NCBI RefSeq assembly: GCF_006345805.1
Contig: NC_042998.1
Coordinates: 1,178,001-1,242,000 of the forward strand
DNA from: Octopus sinensis
Taxonomy: Eukaryota
DNA length: 64,000 nt
Direction: 5' to 3'
Shown here: piece by piece, positions 1-12,621 of the stretch
Position numbering within the stretch: the stretch's first letter is position 1
Layout: each line of letters opens with the position of its first letter
Notes under the pieces: model-generated
Told to the model about the DNA's origin: nothing
The model's input: only the letters and a program-made list of their open reading frames with translations
Database searches by the model: none
Made by a program: the position numbers and the translations under genes

Positions 1-92
1 TTTAGGGGTCGATAAAATAAGCACCAACCAAGCATTTACTTACTCCCTCCCTCGGAATTCCTGGCCTTGTGTCAAAATTTTAAACCGTTATT
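1..92 (+). mobile_element. SINE-A 3' end
   Basis: ggggtcgataaaataag...ggccttgtgtcaaaattt. Confidence 0.65.
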
Positions 93-275
93 CAGACGAA
101 ATTTTTAAGTGGTTTTGATGGTGATTTTTCTTTTTTAACTGACACTGCTTTCACGCGTGTAGTTTTATTCTCGTCTTATGTGTGTTTATGGAAAGTGCAA
201 ATGTTAATCAGCTGAACTATTAACTCTCCCTGTGATTCGAAATCATTTCCTCAACGTGTTAGTCTGTTCCCGTCA

Positions 276-335
276 TATTTTCACCTTGTTGCACCTATTT
301 TCACCTTGTTGCACCTATTTTCACCTTGTTGTACC
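276..335. repeat. 20-bp tandem repeat x3 (tattttcaccttgttgcacc)
   Basis: Direct. Confidence 0.9.
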
Positions 336-1058
336 TGCATTTAGTATAAATAAAAGCTGTAAGCTTGTGTAATATAAAAAATGTGTGCGTAAAAAGAATT
401 CGAAATTTAGTGTTAAAAATGCGAAATTTACATGTTAAAAAACGCAAAATTTAGGAGGTGAATGTACATTTACATAGAAGAAATTGAGATATGTTTATGA
501 GAAAGATAAATTGACGACCGAACCCTAGATACGATAAATGTATTTACTGATCTCATTAATTATAGATATTCACATATACACACACAAAAATGCATGCCGA
601 ATCATGCACAAAAACTCACACATATGCACACGACACGCATGCACATAGTTATGTACTCCAATAAATGTGCGTCTGTATGTATTAATTAAATTACGTTGAA
701 GTTCCATCTGTATGATAATTAACATATGAAAGCATGTTAAATGCTTAGGCGCCTAAAAAGAAGCAAAAATTACGAATTAAAAATCACATATACCATATAA
801 GGAGAATGGTGTTAATTGATAACTAACATCATTTATTCCGTCTTAGAATAATTGCAAATAATATACATATCTGTATGTTTAATTACCCATTTGATCGTTA
901 AATAACGCTGAGTCGGCACTTCAATTAATGAGTTTCAACAAAAATGAAGCATGTCTGGGCTGTCTCCTATTCAAAGTCATTTTTTCTTTAAATGTGGTTT
1001 CTAACATAAGCCCAAGGCCATGATGTATTTAAGAGGTATAATTAAGTATAGCCAATAT

Positions 1059-1269
1059 TCCTTTCTATTATAGGCACAGGGCTTGAACATTTGATGGGAG
1101 AAGTTGATAACATCAACCCCGGTACTCAACTGGTACTTATTCTATCGACTATGAGGGGATAAAATGCAAAGTCGACATCGGCGGAAATTGAACTCAGAAA
1201 GTAAAGTTGGACGATATGACAGTAAGCATTTTGTCTGGCATGCTAATGGTCCTGCTAGCTTTCCGCCGT
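1059..1269 (-). mobile_element. tRNA-derived SINE-A
   Basis: Matches ggcggcgagctggcagaa...gagttcaaattccgccgaggtcgac family. Confidence 0.8.
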
Positions 1270-1480
1270 GAATATAGCCAATACTGTTTTGTCCAAACAT
1301 TGCCTGCTCCTTATTTTAACGACTCAAAAAGATGTGCAGCCTCGGTTCTTGCGGTTTCTAACTACTATGCCTTGTTCAACTTACTGTATATTCATAATTT
1401 TAGTTTTACTTTTTAACATAGGGGACAACTTTAAGTATGCAATCATTTATGTGTGTGTGTTATATATATATAGAGAGAGA

Positions 1481-1521
1481 GAGATAGATAGATAAATAGA
1501 TAGATAGATAGATAGACAGAC

Positions 1522-1570
<49 letters not shown>

Positions 1571-1579
1571 TATAGATAT

Positions 1580-1660
<81 letters not shown>
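1481..1660. repeat. (GATA)n microsatellite
   Basis: Direct. Confidence 0.95.
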
Positions 1661-1661
<1 letters not shown>

Positions 1662-2620
1662 CATCATCATCATTGTTCGACCGTGGCCGAGACAATGGAA
1701 TTTACCATGCTACGCCAGACTTCACGGTCCATCATGGCATTACGGAGGTCCTGTTGCTGGATGCCTGTATCCCTGGAGATTACATCAGGGGAGGAGAGTG
1801 TGCGCCCTCTGGTATTGCGAGTAGATGGCTTCCAGAGGAGAAGAGTAGAAATTGCCTCGTTTTCAGCTCTACAACAATGTCCAGCAAACTGGACTCTCCT
1901 ACCCTTCACAAGAGATGACACAGGTGGTAGTTTCCCATATATTTGCATCTGGCTTCCACGAGAGATTTTGAGTTCTCATAAGGAGGCGAGTGTAGGTTCC
2001 ATCCAACCGCCTCTCAAGCTTCTTTGATAACGTCCAGGTTTCTGAGCCATATAGTAGGATTGGTTCGACTGTGGCTTTGAATATTTCAAGTTTGAAGTCT
2101 CTACTTAGATTTGATGACCAGATCTTATGCATGTCATTACAGGCTGACCAGGCCATACCCTTTCTAGTTAGAAAATATTTTCCAGATGATGATATGCATG
2201 ACCCAAGATATTTGCAATCAGCAGAAACCATATTTAAGGGCGCATTGTTGAGAGTATGGATGATGCAATCACTGTTGGACAGGCACTTGTTTATGTATTC
2301 AGTTTTGGCCTCATTGAGGTAAAGACCTACACAATTTGAGGCTTGTTCAAGAGATTGTAAAAGAGACTGGGCATTGGAGAGAGAATCACTGATAAGAGCG
2401 ATGTCGTCAGCAAAGTCAGTGTCTGTCAAGTACTCAGCTGGGTGTCTGGAACTTCTTCTTGGTTTTATTTCAAAGCCCTTGCCAGAGATGGTATCAACTG
2501 ACATACGTAGCACATAGTCAACGACAATGATGAAAAGAAACGGGGCGAGTGTGTCTCCCTGCAGTATTCCGGCTTTGATTGAGAAAGATGATGTTTCTCC
2601 GTCAGGGATTAAGATGATTG
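1661..2620 (-). mobile_element. 5'-truncated RTE-clade LINE, RT C-terminal half with (ATG)n tail
   Basis: AGILQGDTLAPFLF (about 2530-2575), TDFADDIALIS, YLGS, LLYGSETWTL, C-terminal DREVWRSMV; frameshifted; tail abuts (TCTA)n on its sense strand. Confidence 0.88.
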
Positions 2621-2648
2621 AGATAGATAACTAGATATAGCTATGTAA

Positions 2649-2862
2649 ATGTGGTGAGCTGGCAGAATTGTTAGCATGCCAGGCAAATGCTTAGCGGCAT
2701 TTCATCCATCCCTACGTTCTGAGCTCAAATTCCGCCGAGGTTGACTTTGCTTTTCATCCTCTCGGGTTCGATAAAATGAGTACCAGAAAGGCACTGAGGT
2801 CGATGTAATTGAGTTGCTCCTGCCCCCAAAACCTCAGGCGTTGTGTCCATAGAAGAAAGGAT
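2649..2862 (+). mobile_element. tRNA-derived SINE-A
   Basis: Head ggtgagctggcagaa, B-box-like gagctcaaattcc, tail agaaaggat. Confidence 0.85.
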
Positions 2863-2901
2863 ATACATATATTATATATCTATATTGTATATATCTGATA
2901 T

Positions 2902-2978
<77 letters not shown>

Positions 2979-3071
2979 GATATATACATACATATATATA
3001 TATATATATACATATATATGACACACACATATATATTAATATGGAGAGAGGGGGAAAGCAAGAGAGATACA

Positions 3072-3725
3072 AGTATGGCAATGTGGCTAAGAAGTTTGGC
3101 TTGCAATCACATAGTTTCGTGTTCGGTCCCTCTGCGGGGCACCTTGGTTATGGGTCTTCTGCTATAGCCGTGGTCCAACCAATGTCCTCTAAGTGCATTC
3201 GGGGAACCGAATCTGTGGAAACCCGTAGCATATAAAGCTGTGCGTGTGCATGCGCGCGCGCGAGTACTTATGTGTGTGTGCATGCTTGTGTGTGTGCATT
3301 CGTGTGTGTGTGCATGTGCGAAATGATGTGTCTTGCTGAGTAATGTGTCATCCAGTTTAGAAATTTAATGCACTACCTTATGATCACGTGAGTGCAACAG
3401 CCTAACTCCTAAGGCACCTTCACTACTACGCAGTCGCACAGGCACACACACACACACGCACACACGCGTGCACGCATTACCTATGGGCTCCTTTGATTCT
3501 TATTTTATTTCGGTGAACCCTCGTAACAATTCGATGATATGTAATTGTGTGTGTGTGTGTTTTGTTTCTATTTATTCCCCACTACCATTTCACAAGTGTG
3601 TTGTTTTCTTTTCGTCCCTGTGGCTTAGCGGTTCGGCCAAAAGATCCGAGAGAATAAGGACCGGACTTAGAAATATGTACTGGGGTCGGTTTGTTTAATG
3701 AAATCCTTTAAGGTGAAGCCTTAAT
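3072..3725 (+). mobile_element. Old SINE-B with expanded middle
   Basis: Diverged head at 3072-3235 and tail at about 3560-3725. Confidence 0.55.
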
Positions 3726-3732
3726 CTAAAAC

Positions 3733-3771
<39 letters not shown>

Positions 3772-3772
<1 letters not shown>

Positions 3773-4250
3773 CGAGAAGTTGAGGATATAAGAGATAATG
3801 GTGTCATTGAGACCCAAAGGTGTCAGGTAATGCTGAATAAGTGCTACAGACAAACCATAGTTAAGTTCCAGATTCGGTAATATTGCGAATAAAGGGTTCA
3901 ACGTTGGTTCTATGTCAGCGTGTATATATAAGAATGTTTTGCGTAATAAGATAAGAAACCAAGGCTGTGCAGATATTAGAGCATTTATAGTTAGAAGATC
4001 TTACAGCTGTTTCCAGGATATTTATTAATGATATCCCTTCATCGGAGACGGTGTGAGAGGATAGTTAAATCATAGTAGTGTAGATGTGATACAAAATAGA
4101 GAGTGAGTTGGAGGAAAGAAAATAGATGCAAGATATGTATGGGTATTGAAGTTGTAAATCCATATTTTAGGATTAATGGTATATATGCAATATTCCAATA
4201 TCTTTTAAATTTATTGTACAAAACTGTTCAGCTAATTTGTAAGTTTGTCT
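3772..4250 (-). mobile_element. Penelope-LTR-like fragment abutting (TA)n
   Basis: Contains the HHR-like motif at 3998-4049; 3' end runs into (TA)n; far boundary approximate. Confidence 0.5.
3998..4049 (-). ncRNA. Degenerate minimal hammerhead motif
   Basis: gtct-CCGATGA-a-gggatat/atatcct-g-GAAA-CAGCTG-TA-agat; U4 changed to C; palindromic stem III. Confidence 0.55.
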
Positions 4251-4689
4251 AATTAGTCACTTTTTTCTATATTTAAGGTAGTAAATTAGCCAAATTCTAT
4301 TTAAATAAGTATACTGTTAGTTGTAAACTATAATAAAATATTTTTTTAATATTCAAATTTTAAGTTTAGCTGCAATATTTTAAGTAAAATGTTTCTTATT
4401 CTTTACTTGAAGTAATAGTTTGTCCTATTCTTATAACCTGAATATTACTTTTCATGCTCGCATTTTTCCATGTAATCCATGATTTTTCCAGGCATTGCTG
4501 TTATAAGATAATTAATAATGTGTCAATTAATAATTTAGGATTTTACCTTATAAAATACTGGGCAGGGGGATACATTGGCTGATAATTTTAGCGAGTCGAG
4601 CGACCAGGTAGAGGCTCTTTCATTGGTTCGATTGAGTGATGAGTTTTTTTCTTTTACACATATATGTAATATGTATATATATCATCGGC

Positions 4690-5058
4690 AAAAGTTAGAT
4701 AGTAAGTCAAAAGCTGAGTGTAGTGCCACTTATCAAGCACGAAATTGTCCAGTGTCACTCTGTAACTTCTGACGAAATATGTGTATGTATGAATAATGGA
4801 CTTTCCCGTCATTAGATGACCTATGAGCGTTCGACAATTTCTAATAGAACAACCACACGGATGATTTGTTTATAGCGATTAAATGTTTGTATACACATTA
4901 GCTCACTCCGTCCAATAAATCGGCATTACCTGTACAGGTGCAACGAGTGCCACATGTCAGGTGACGAAATGATCGCAGGGCATCGTGGAATGAAGTGCTT
5001 TGCTCAAAAGCACAACGCAACGCCCGGTCTGGGAATCGAACCTACGATCTCGCAATAT
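4690..5058 (-). mobile_element. tRNA-derived SINE-C (ttgagcaaagcactt core)
   Basis: tgaagtgctttgctcaaaagcacaacgc...gggaatcgaacc; left boundary approximate. Confidence 0.6.
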
Positions 5059-5199
5059 ATTCAATGCCAAATAAATATACATACCTTGATTGTTTTTTAT
5101 ATTTTGCAGATACATGCTGCTTTCTTTGAACTCCTGTTTTGACACGTCTTCGTTCGAATTTGAATTTTGTTTTAAAATTAAGTGTAAAGGCACAGACTT

Positions 5200-5844
5200 A
5201 ACTATGCGGTTAAGAAGATTGCTTCCCAATCATGTGGTCTTAGTTTAAGTCCCACTGCGTGGCACCTTGGGCAGATATCTTCTGCTGTAGCTCTGGAACG
5301 ACCAAAGCCTTGTGGGTGGATTTGGTAGATGGAAAGTCAAAAAGCCCACGTATATGTGTGTGTTTGTGTGTGCGTGCCTTTGTGTTTGTGTTCGTCCAAC
5401 ACCAACTCTTGACAATCGGAGTTGGTTTGTTTACGTTAGTAGTTCTTAACCAGGGTTTATATGGTCCCTTGGGGGTCCATAGGAGATGCCAAATAATAAT
5501 TTAGGATCCATAATATTATTTTCATGGTCCATGAAAGAATGTTGTTGCAGATGTATTTATTGCAAGAAAACGACTATCTCTAAAAATTAGATTTCAAAAT
5601 ATCGAATGGCTATGGGGACCCACCGGAATAAAACAGTAATGAAGGAAATCCACGGGTAAAAAATGGTCGAAAACCATTAGCTCGCATCCTCGTATCTTTA
5701 GTGCTTCGGGATAAAAGACCGATAAAATAAGTATCTAGCTTAAAAAAACACATAAGTACTGGGATCGATTTGTTTGACTAAACCCTTTTTAGTGGTACCC
5801 CAGCATAACAGCAGTTTTATGACTAAAACAAGTAAAGCATAAAA
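5200..5844 (+). mobile_element. SINE-B interrupted by a MITE
   Basis: cccactgcgtggcaccttgggc head; tail resumes at 5680. Confidence 0.75.
5447..5679. mobile_element. hAT-type MITE inserted in a SINE-B copy
   Basis: Ends tagtagttcttaacc / ggtcgaaaaccatta; the SINE resumes after a degenerate 8-bp duplication gtttacgt/gctcgcat. Confidence 0.6.
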
Positions 5845-6682
5845 CATATTTCTCTTTTATCTTCCGTTAAGGTGAATACTTCTTTTATAATAAGTGTGAA
5901 TTATCAGCAATTGTCTGTCAGTGACATATGTTTTGAGAAGGTTAGGGTAAAGCGAAAGATTTAGTTTTCGAGACAAGTCATTTGGGTATTGCAGGATAAA
6001 GGAGGTTGATTGCGTTATGTAGGATTAAAAGAGATTGATTGTGGAATGTGGGATTAAAGGAGATTGAGTGTGGATGGGACGGGACGAGGAACATGTGTTC
6101 GGATGGTGGGTGGTTGTTAAAATTAAAAATTATAAGAAACTAGACGGACGGGAAAAGGGAGGAGGGTGTAAGAGAAAATAATGATGAAAGAGTCCAAAGG
6201 GAAATACAGATGTATTACATACCAGTAGCGTGAAGAAGAAGGATTATATTTGGCAAAAAAGAAAGAAAAGCTAGAATGGCAGAGAATGACTAGAAGAAGA
6301 AACAGGGCATAGAAGAAATGCAGAAAGAGCCTAAAGTGAGGCAGTTACTGATGTCCGTGTATTTATTTGACCTTGTTCCGCTGAAGGTCATGTTTACCTA
6401 TTACGTAACAAGTGCTTGTGGAAGTCTTTTGCATTTCCCAAACGTATCTTATCTGTTGTTTACATAAAGATCTTGGTTATCGATGTTTCTGAGCATTTTC
6501 TATTTCATACCGTCTCCGGTTACGCTTTTAGTTTCTGTTTTGCACTTGCGATTGTTCTGGGAGCTTCCATTTTGTTGTGTAGTTCGAAGCTTTTGGTTCG
6601 ATATGGCCGCTGAAATCCTTCAATTTCGCGTCTCAGCTTGACCTCAAATTAATTTTGAACTCGGTAAAATAATATATATTAC

Positions 6683-7061
6683 TGCTTACCAACTTGGTTC
6701 CGGGTTCAGTCCCACTGCGTGGCACTTTGGGCAAGTGTCTTCTACTATAGCCTAGGGCCGACCAAAGCCTTATGAGTGGATTTGATAGACGGAAACTGAA
6801 AGAAGCCTGTCGTATATATGTTTATATATATATGTATGTGCGTGTATATGTTTGTGTGCCTGTGTTTGTCCACCAACACCGCTTGACAACCGATGCTGGT
6901 GTGTTTACGTCTTCGTAACTTAGCGGTTCGGCAAAAAGAGACCGATAGAATAAGTACTAGGCTTCTAAAGAATAAGTCCTGGGGTCGATTTGCTCGACTA
7001 AAGGCGGTGCTTCAGCATGGCCGTAGTCAAATGACTGAAACTAGTAAAAGAGTAAAGAGAG
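6683..7061 (+). mobile_element. tRNA-derived SINE-B
   Basis: ggttccgggttcagtcccactgcgtggc...aaggcggtgcttcagcatggccgtagtcaaatgactgaaac. Confidence 0.9.
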
Positions 7062-7291
7062 TATATATATATATATAAAGATGGATGGCCACGGCTAGAA
7101 AGCTTTCGTCATAGATCTATTCTATCAGGACTGACCTTAGGGGATAACAACAACTGTAAATGTTTCAAGCCTACAGATATGGATTTTAGAGAAAATCACA
7201 GTAAAATGGTGTCGTTTAGGTGGAAACGCAAATTGATTATGAAAATAAACTACACACCTTTTCTCACTCTTCACACAGACATACATATGAT

Positions 7292-7328
<37 letters not shown>

Positions 7329-7786
7329 ATACATACACGTATATACACTTGCATATACGCACGCACGTACACACGCACACATGCATACAAACACACACTG
7401 GTAGTCATTCAGGCATTTGCATACACTTTCACAGATAGATAGCTACAGATGTATGTAGGTGCGTACATGCGGACGTATCTACATACATAGATGCATACAT
7501 ATGCACACACATAATTATACACATACATACGCGTTCGTGTGCATGTGTGTGCGTGTGTGTGTTTGTGTGCGCGTGTGTGCGTTTGTGTATGTGTGTGTAT
7601 GTGCGTGCTTGTGCAAATCAGTTCTTTGATATGCCGCTCCAGCAGGAATCTTAAATTGATGGAAAGGTAGTCGACTTATGTGTGTGAGTATATATACATA
7701 CCTATATATATATATATACATATATATATACATATATATATACACACATGTATATACAGAGAGAGTTTTATATGTGTGTCTATGAA

Positions 7787-7849
<63 letters not shown>

Positions 7850-7946
7850 TGCATATATATATATATATATAAATTAAATTAGAGATAAAATCACTATTAG
7901 GCAACTCAAACAGTGATATACACACAAACTGTATATATATATATAG

Positions 7947-8007
<61 letters not shown>

Positions 8008-8145
8008 ATGTATGAGTGTATATATATATATATATATATACTCATATAAATACACATACACACACACACGCATATATATATATATACTATATATATACTA
8101 TATATATATAAACTATATATATAGTATATGTGTGTATTTATGTGA

Positions 8146-8177
<32 letters not shown>

Positions 8178-9241
8178 TCACATAATTACACACGCACACA
8201 CATGCATACACAAAGTGTATTAATACACACATATCTGCACATGCTCTCGTAACTATACAGAATCATTAGTAGACACAGTTATGAAAAATATCTATAAAAA
8301 CAGAAATGTTGTCATTACATGGCTATTCTTTTATCAATGGGTACATATAAACATATATAAACATATATAAACATATACAACCGAGAAAAATATTTTGCAT
8401 AGATGCACAAAAGTTTCTTCAAAGAATTACGTAAGCATAATAATGTATGTTTTTAATGTAGTCTGAATTTCTGTCTGTGCTGAACATTCTTAATGTATAA
8501 AAATTAATACCTCTTTTTCTCATATTGTTACAGTTTTAAAAAGATGGATTCAATATGGTCGCCAGATGTCACTAATTGTGATATTTTGTTTTATACAAAC
8601 TCCTTTTTTGTTTTTGTTCTTTTTATCATATTTCTTTAACCTGTTCTTAGAATAAAATGGTTCTCGAGATGAGAAAATGAGTGTGAGAAAAGTTGTCCCT
8701 GTTTTGCGAGAAATGAAAGCAAAATTCATTATTTGGAACATAATGTTATGCTTAATTAGAGCAGCGTTGTCCCAATTTATCTTCTGACCAAATGAGAAGA
8801 ATTGCTCGTATCTTAAATAAATTCCATTCTGTTTCCTTGTACCCTAGCCTTTTTATGTTTTTATCAAAACTTTAGTGAAACTAAAATATAAAACTAGAAA
8901 AAGAAAATTTAGAAAATTTTATTATTGTATTCTATTTCATTTAAAGATTGTTTTGTAGATTGAGGTTCCTATTGTTTGGTTCTGGAGCATTCCTGATCGA
9001 GCGAACAAATGAAGAGACACGCTTCAGCTGCGATACTAATTCGTTTTATTTCTATTTTTGAGAACTGTTTCCTGGAGATGACGTTACCCAATATGACTTT
9101 CCTTTAACAAGCACGGCGGCTTTCGAAAAATTACCAAGGATTTTGATATCCAGTATGGTTGGAGGTGTTTGGAACGTATGATCTGAGTTAAAGGAGATTT
9201 AGTTTTCTTCTGATTTAAGCAAGTCATGTGACCATATAGAA

Positions 9242-9607
9242 CAGGGACTCGCAAATGTTTTCATTCCGCGTACCCATTCGTCCAGCAAAGTTGACGTATC
9301 TCTTGTAAAGAATATATTGCAAAAGAATATATTGCAAAATGGTTGTAAAGAATATATTGCAAAAGAATATATTGCAAAATATTGCAAAACAGAAGCGTGT
9401 ACTATATTAGGAAGTCGAAACTTTCATAGAACATATTCGTTCTAGAACATCTTTTAAATACTTTTTACCAAATCTTACTGTATGCCATTGAAAACCAGTT
9501 GTTTGTTATTATTTCAGAATTCTACGATTTTTTGTTTGTTTTTGTTTTTGTACAAAATCTCGAGTACCTTGTTATTTCCCTTGCATACCCCGGTTTGGGA
9601 GGCTCCT
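9242..9607. mobile_element. Possible hAT-type MITE with internal 14-bp tandem repeat
   Basis: cagggactcgcaaat...gcataccccggtttgggag; unit aaagaatatattgc repeated at about 9307-9389; TSD not seen. Confidence 0.35.
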
Positions 9608-9625
9608 AATGCGGAGGTTACTCAC

Positions 9626-9719
9626 CGGATCGTTGCTAGTTCTGCTGCTTTATCTTGTTTGTTTTTGTTGAGTAGCTTTTCATAGTTCCGCTTGAGAAGA
9701 TATATGTCACGAAGATAAA
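9626..9719 (-). CDS. Candidate internal exon of an unidentified host gene (YLRDIYLLKRNYEKLLNKNKQDKAAELATIR)
   Basis: Acceptor actttgttctgtag|, donor |gtgagt, open 94-nt frame with protein-like helical composition; protein not recognised. Confidence 0.45.
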
Positions 9720-10257
9720 CTACAGAACAAAGTGTTCTAAGCAATCAGGTTTTCCCATTTAGCGTTCATAAACATCTGAAAGAAATTTGCTTGGCACGAA
9801 ATACTCACTACTGAAGCACATTAATTCGTTCCCTGATTTAATGATGATGAAGGGTGTAGGTGGATTCGCTGAAAAGGTAATCAGCTACTCTTAGAAGGAT
9901 CGGTCCTTAGTCTTCTGTCAACAGACCTGGAATGTGCTTTGCATTCATTCATTAAATAAGATGGTAAATGAAGTGAAGGATACGCTTCGCTGAGGATGGC
10001 GAAATAAATAACAAGAGACACTGACGGCCTGTATTTATTCTTGTTTTGAAAAAAATAGCATCTTTATTCATTGAACTTGCCAATTTGGTTTGCTCTGCTG
10101 ACATGGTTTACTTTACAAATGAATAAGACTATAATTGACAAATGTGGCACTCATTGAGATCAAATACAAAACCACGTGGATGACAGTAAAGTACTAAATT
10201 CGCAGCCAAACCTGTGAATATGAGTGAGTGCATACATTCATACTCATACATACATAC

Positions 10258-10342
<85 letters not shown>

Positions 10343-10446
10343 TATATGGATAGATAGATAGATAGATAGATAGGGAGAGAGAGAGAGAGAGAGAGATACA
10401 CATATACATATATTTATATATGTGTGTGTTTGTGTGCGCGCGAGTG

Positions 10447-10493
<47 letters not shown>

Positions 10494-10496
<3 letters not shown>

Positions 10497-10697
10497 TAAA
10501 GGGTGAAATATAATTAATTTAATAAAATTAATAAATTTCACCTAGTAGTTTTATCGGTTTGGAAAAGACCATATTTGGTAAGGATTATATTAATTATAAT
10601 AAAGGGTTAATTGCAACAAGTTGCTCAAAACCACATACCGAAAATATTTTCAGTATGTGGTTTTGAGCAACTTGTTGCAATTAACCCTTTATTATAA

Positions 10698-10705
<8 letters not shown>
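10494..10705. repeat. (TA)n-embedded unit ending in a 120-bp spacerless palindrome
   Basis: Arms 10586-10645 and 10646-10705, one mismatch. Confidence 0.85.
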
Positions 10706-10747
<42 letters not shown>

Positions 10748-11455
10748 TATGTGTGTATACACATATATCTTTTAATAACATTTTAGCTCAGCTTCATACG
10801 ACTTTCGTAGGCTTTGTAGGACAAACCTATTTTGTCAGATATATTGTCAAAAGTAGTTTATATATTTATAGGTGTATGTGTATCTGTGTATGTATATACG
10901 TATGTGTTCATCATACATGCATAAATATATGTGTGTGTGTATGATGCGCACACTCATGCATGCATACATACACATGCACGTGCGCAAGTGTGTGTGCACA
11001 TATATGCACATTCACATATAAACTATATACAATTATATAGTCAACTTATGAGGGAGGGTGTATTTAATTCATTGCTGGTTAACTTAACGAGAATTGCTTT
11101 CTTAAAACTTGAGTTTCACGCCACAACGATCGTAATTCGAGAAATGCTATCATCTCTTTTTACTCATCGCTGTCAGCTTCTAACATTTTATGCCTGTTTC
11201 TTCTATTTATTTGTCTCTGATGTCCATTTTACTGCGTTGTTTCGATTAAGGTGTTGCCTGTAGATGTTTATTCTAGTTTTATTCTAGTTTTGTTCACTTT
11301 TATGCTCTTTCTTTTTTGCTTAGTTAAGGATGTTTATTTTTCAGATTCTTCTCCGACCTATTGGTTGCTTTATTTTTTTAAATGATATTTTTTAGCATAA
11401 ATTTGATAACAAAATTGGTGGTAAATGTATTAAATGCATAAAACTTTCCTAATTT

Positions 11456-11661
11456 ATTGGTTTCAAATTTTGGCAAGTTTAAGGGGAGGGGGAGTCGATT
11501 ACATTGATCCCAGTGTTCAACTGGTACTTATTTTATCGACCTCAGAAGGATGAAAGGCAAAGCCGATCTCGGCGGAATTTGAACTCAGAACGTTAAGACG
11601 GACGAAACGCCGCAAAAGCATTTTGCTCGGTGTGCTAAGTATTCTACCAACTCACCGCCTT
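11456..11661 (-). mobile_element. tRNA-derived SINE-A
   Basis: Full head and body match. Confidence 0.85.
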
Positions 11662-12127
11662 ACTTTCTTCATTTATCAAAATTATTTCGCAGTCAGAGAA
11701 GGCTAAAAACCAAAAACGATAATTGTTGACTGCTCCGAATAAGATGGAGAGATAATTTTAAAATGTGAGAAGGAAGTCTCAAAAAATTAATATGCGAAGA
11801 GAGGCAACAATCTGATTTTCGTTTTGGACAGTAACTGTGGGCAAGTGTTTCTATCTGTGTGATCATCGGCATAATGGCATTCTCATCTCTTATAAATTTA
11901 TTGAAATTACATGCCGTATTATCACATCCACTCAATGCAAGGGACGCTTTCCTGGCCAATGCTATCGTGTTGAATAGCGAGCCATATCAAGTGCCATATT
12001 TCAAAGGCTTCGGCAACCTAATCGAAGACGAAGATTACTCATACACAAAGACTACTCATCATCATTAATGACATTGGTGGAGCCACTCTACATGAATTTG
12101 AAGACATATCAAAGCTATACATATATA

Positions 12128-12543
12128 GGCGCAGGCGTGGCTGTGTGGATAGGCGTAGGAGTGGCTCTGTGGTATGAAGCTTGCTTCCCAACCATGGTTC
12201 CGCATTCAGTCCTTCTGTGTGGCACCTTGGGCATGTTTTCTACTATAGCCTCATGAGTGAATTTGGTAGACAGAAACGGTCGTATATATGTCTATAAATT
12301 TGTATCCATTTGTATGCGTCTTTGTGTCTGTGTTTCTTTCCCCACCCCCACCCCACCGCTAGACAAATGGTGTTGGTGTGTTTACGTCCCCGTAACTTTG
12401 TGGTTCCGCAAAGAGACCGATAGAATAAGTACCAGGTTTAAGAAAAAAATATAGTAAGTCCTGCAGTCGATTCATTCGACTAAAAATTCAAGGCGTTGCC
12501 CCAGCATGGCAGCAGTCGAATGGATAAAGCAAGTAAAAGATAT
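12128..12543 (+). mobile_element. SINE-B with duplicated 5' 24 nt
   Basis: taggcgcaggcgtggctgtgtgg followed by taggcgtaggagtggctctgtgg. Confidence 0.85.
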
Positions 12544-12567
12544 ATAGATTAAATCAAGGCAAAGAAG

Positions 12568-12621
<54 letters not shown>

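Noticed and set aside
276-335. CRISPR-like array
   Set aside because: Contiguous tandem units without spacers, in eukaryotic DNA.
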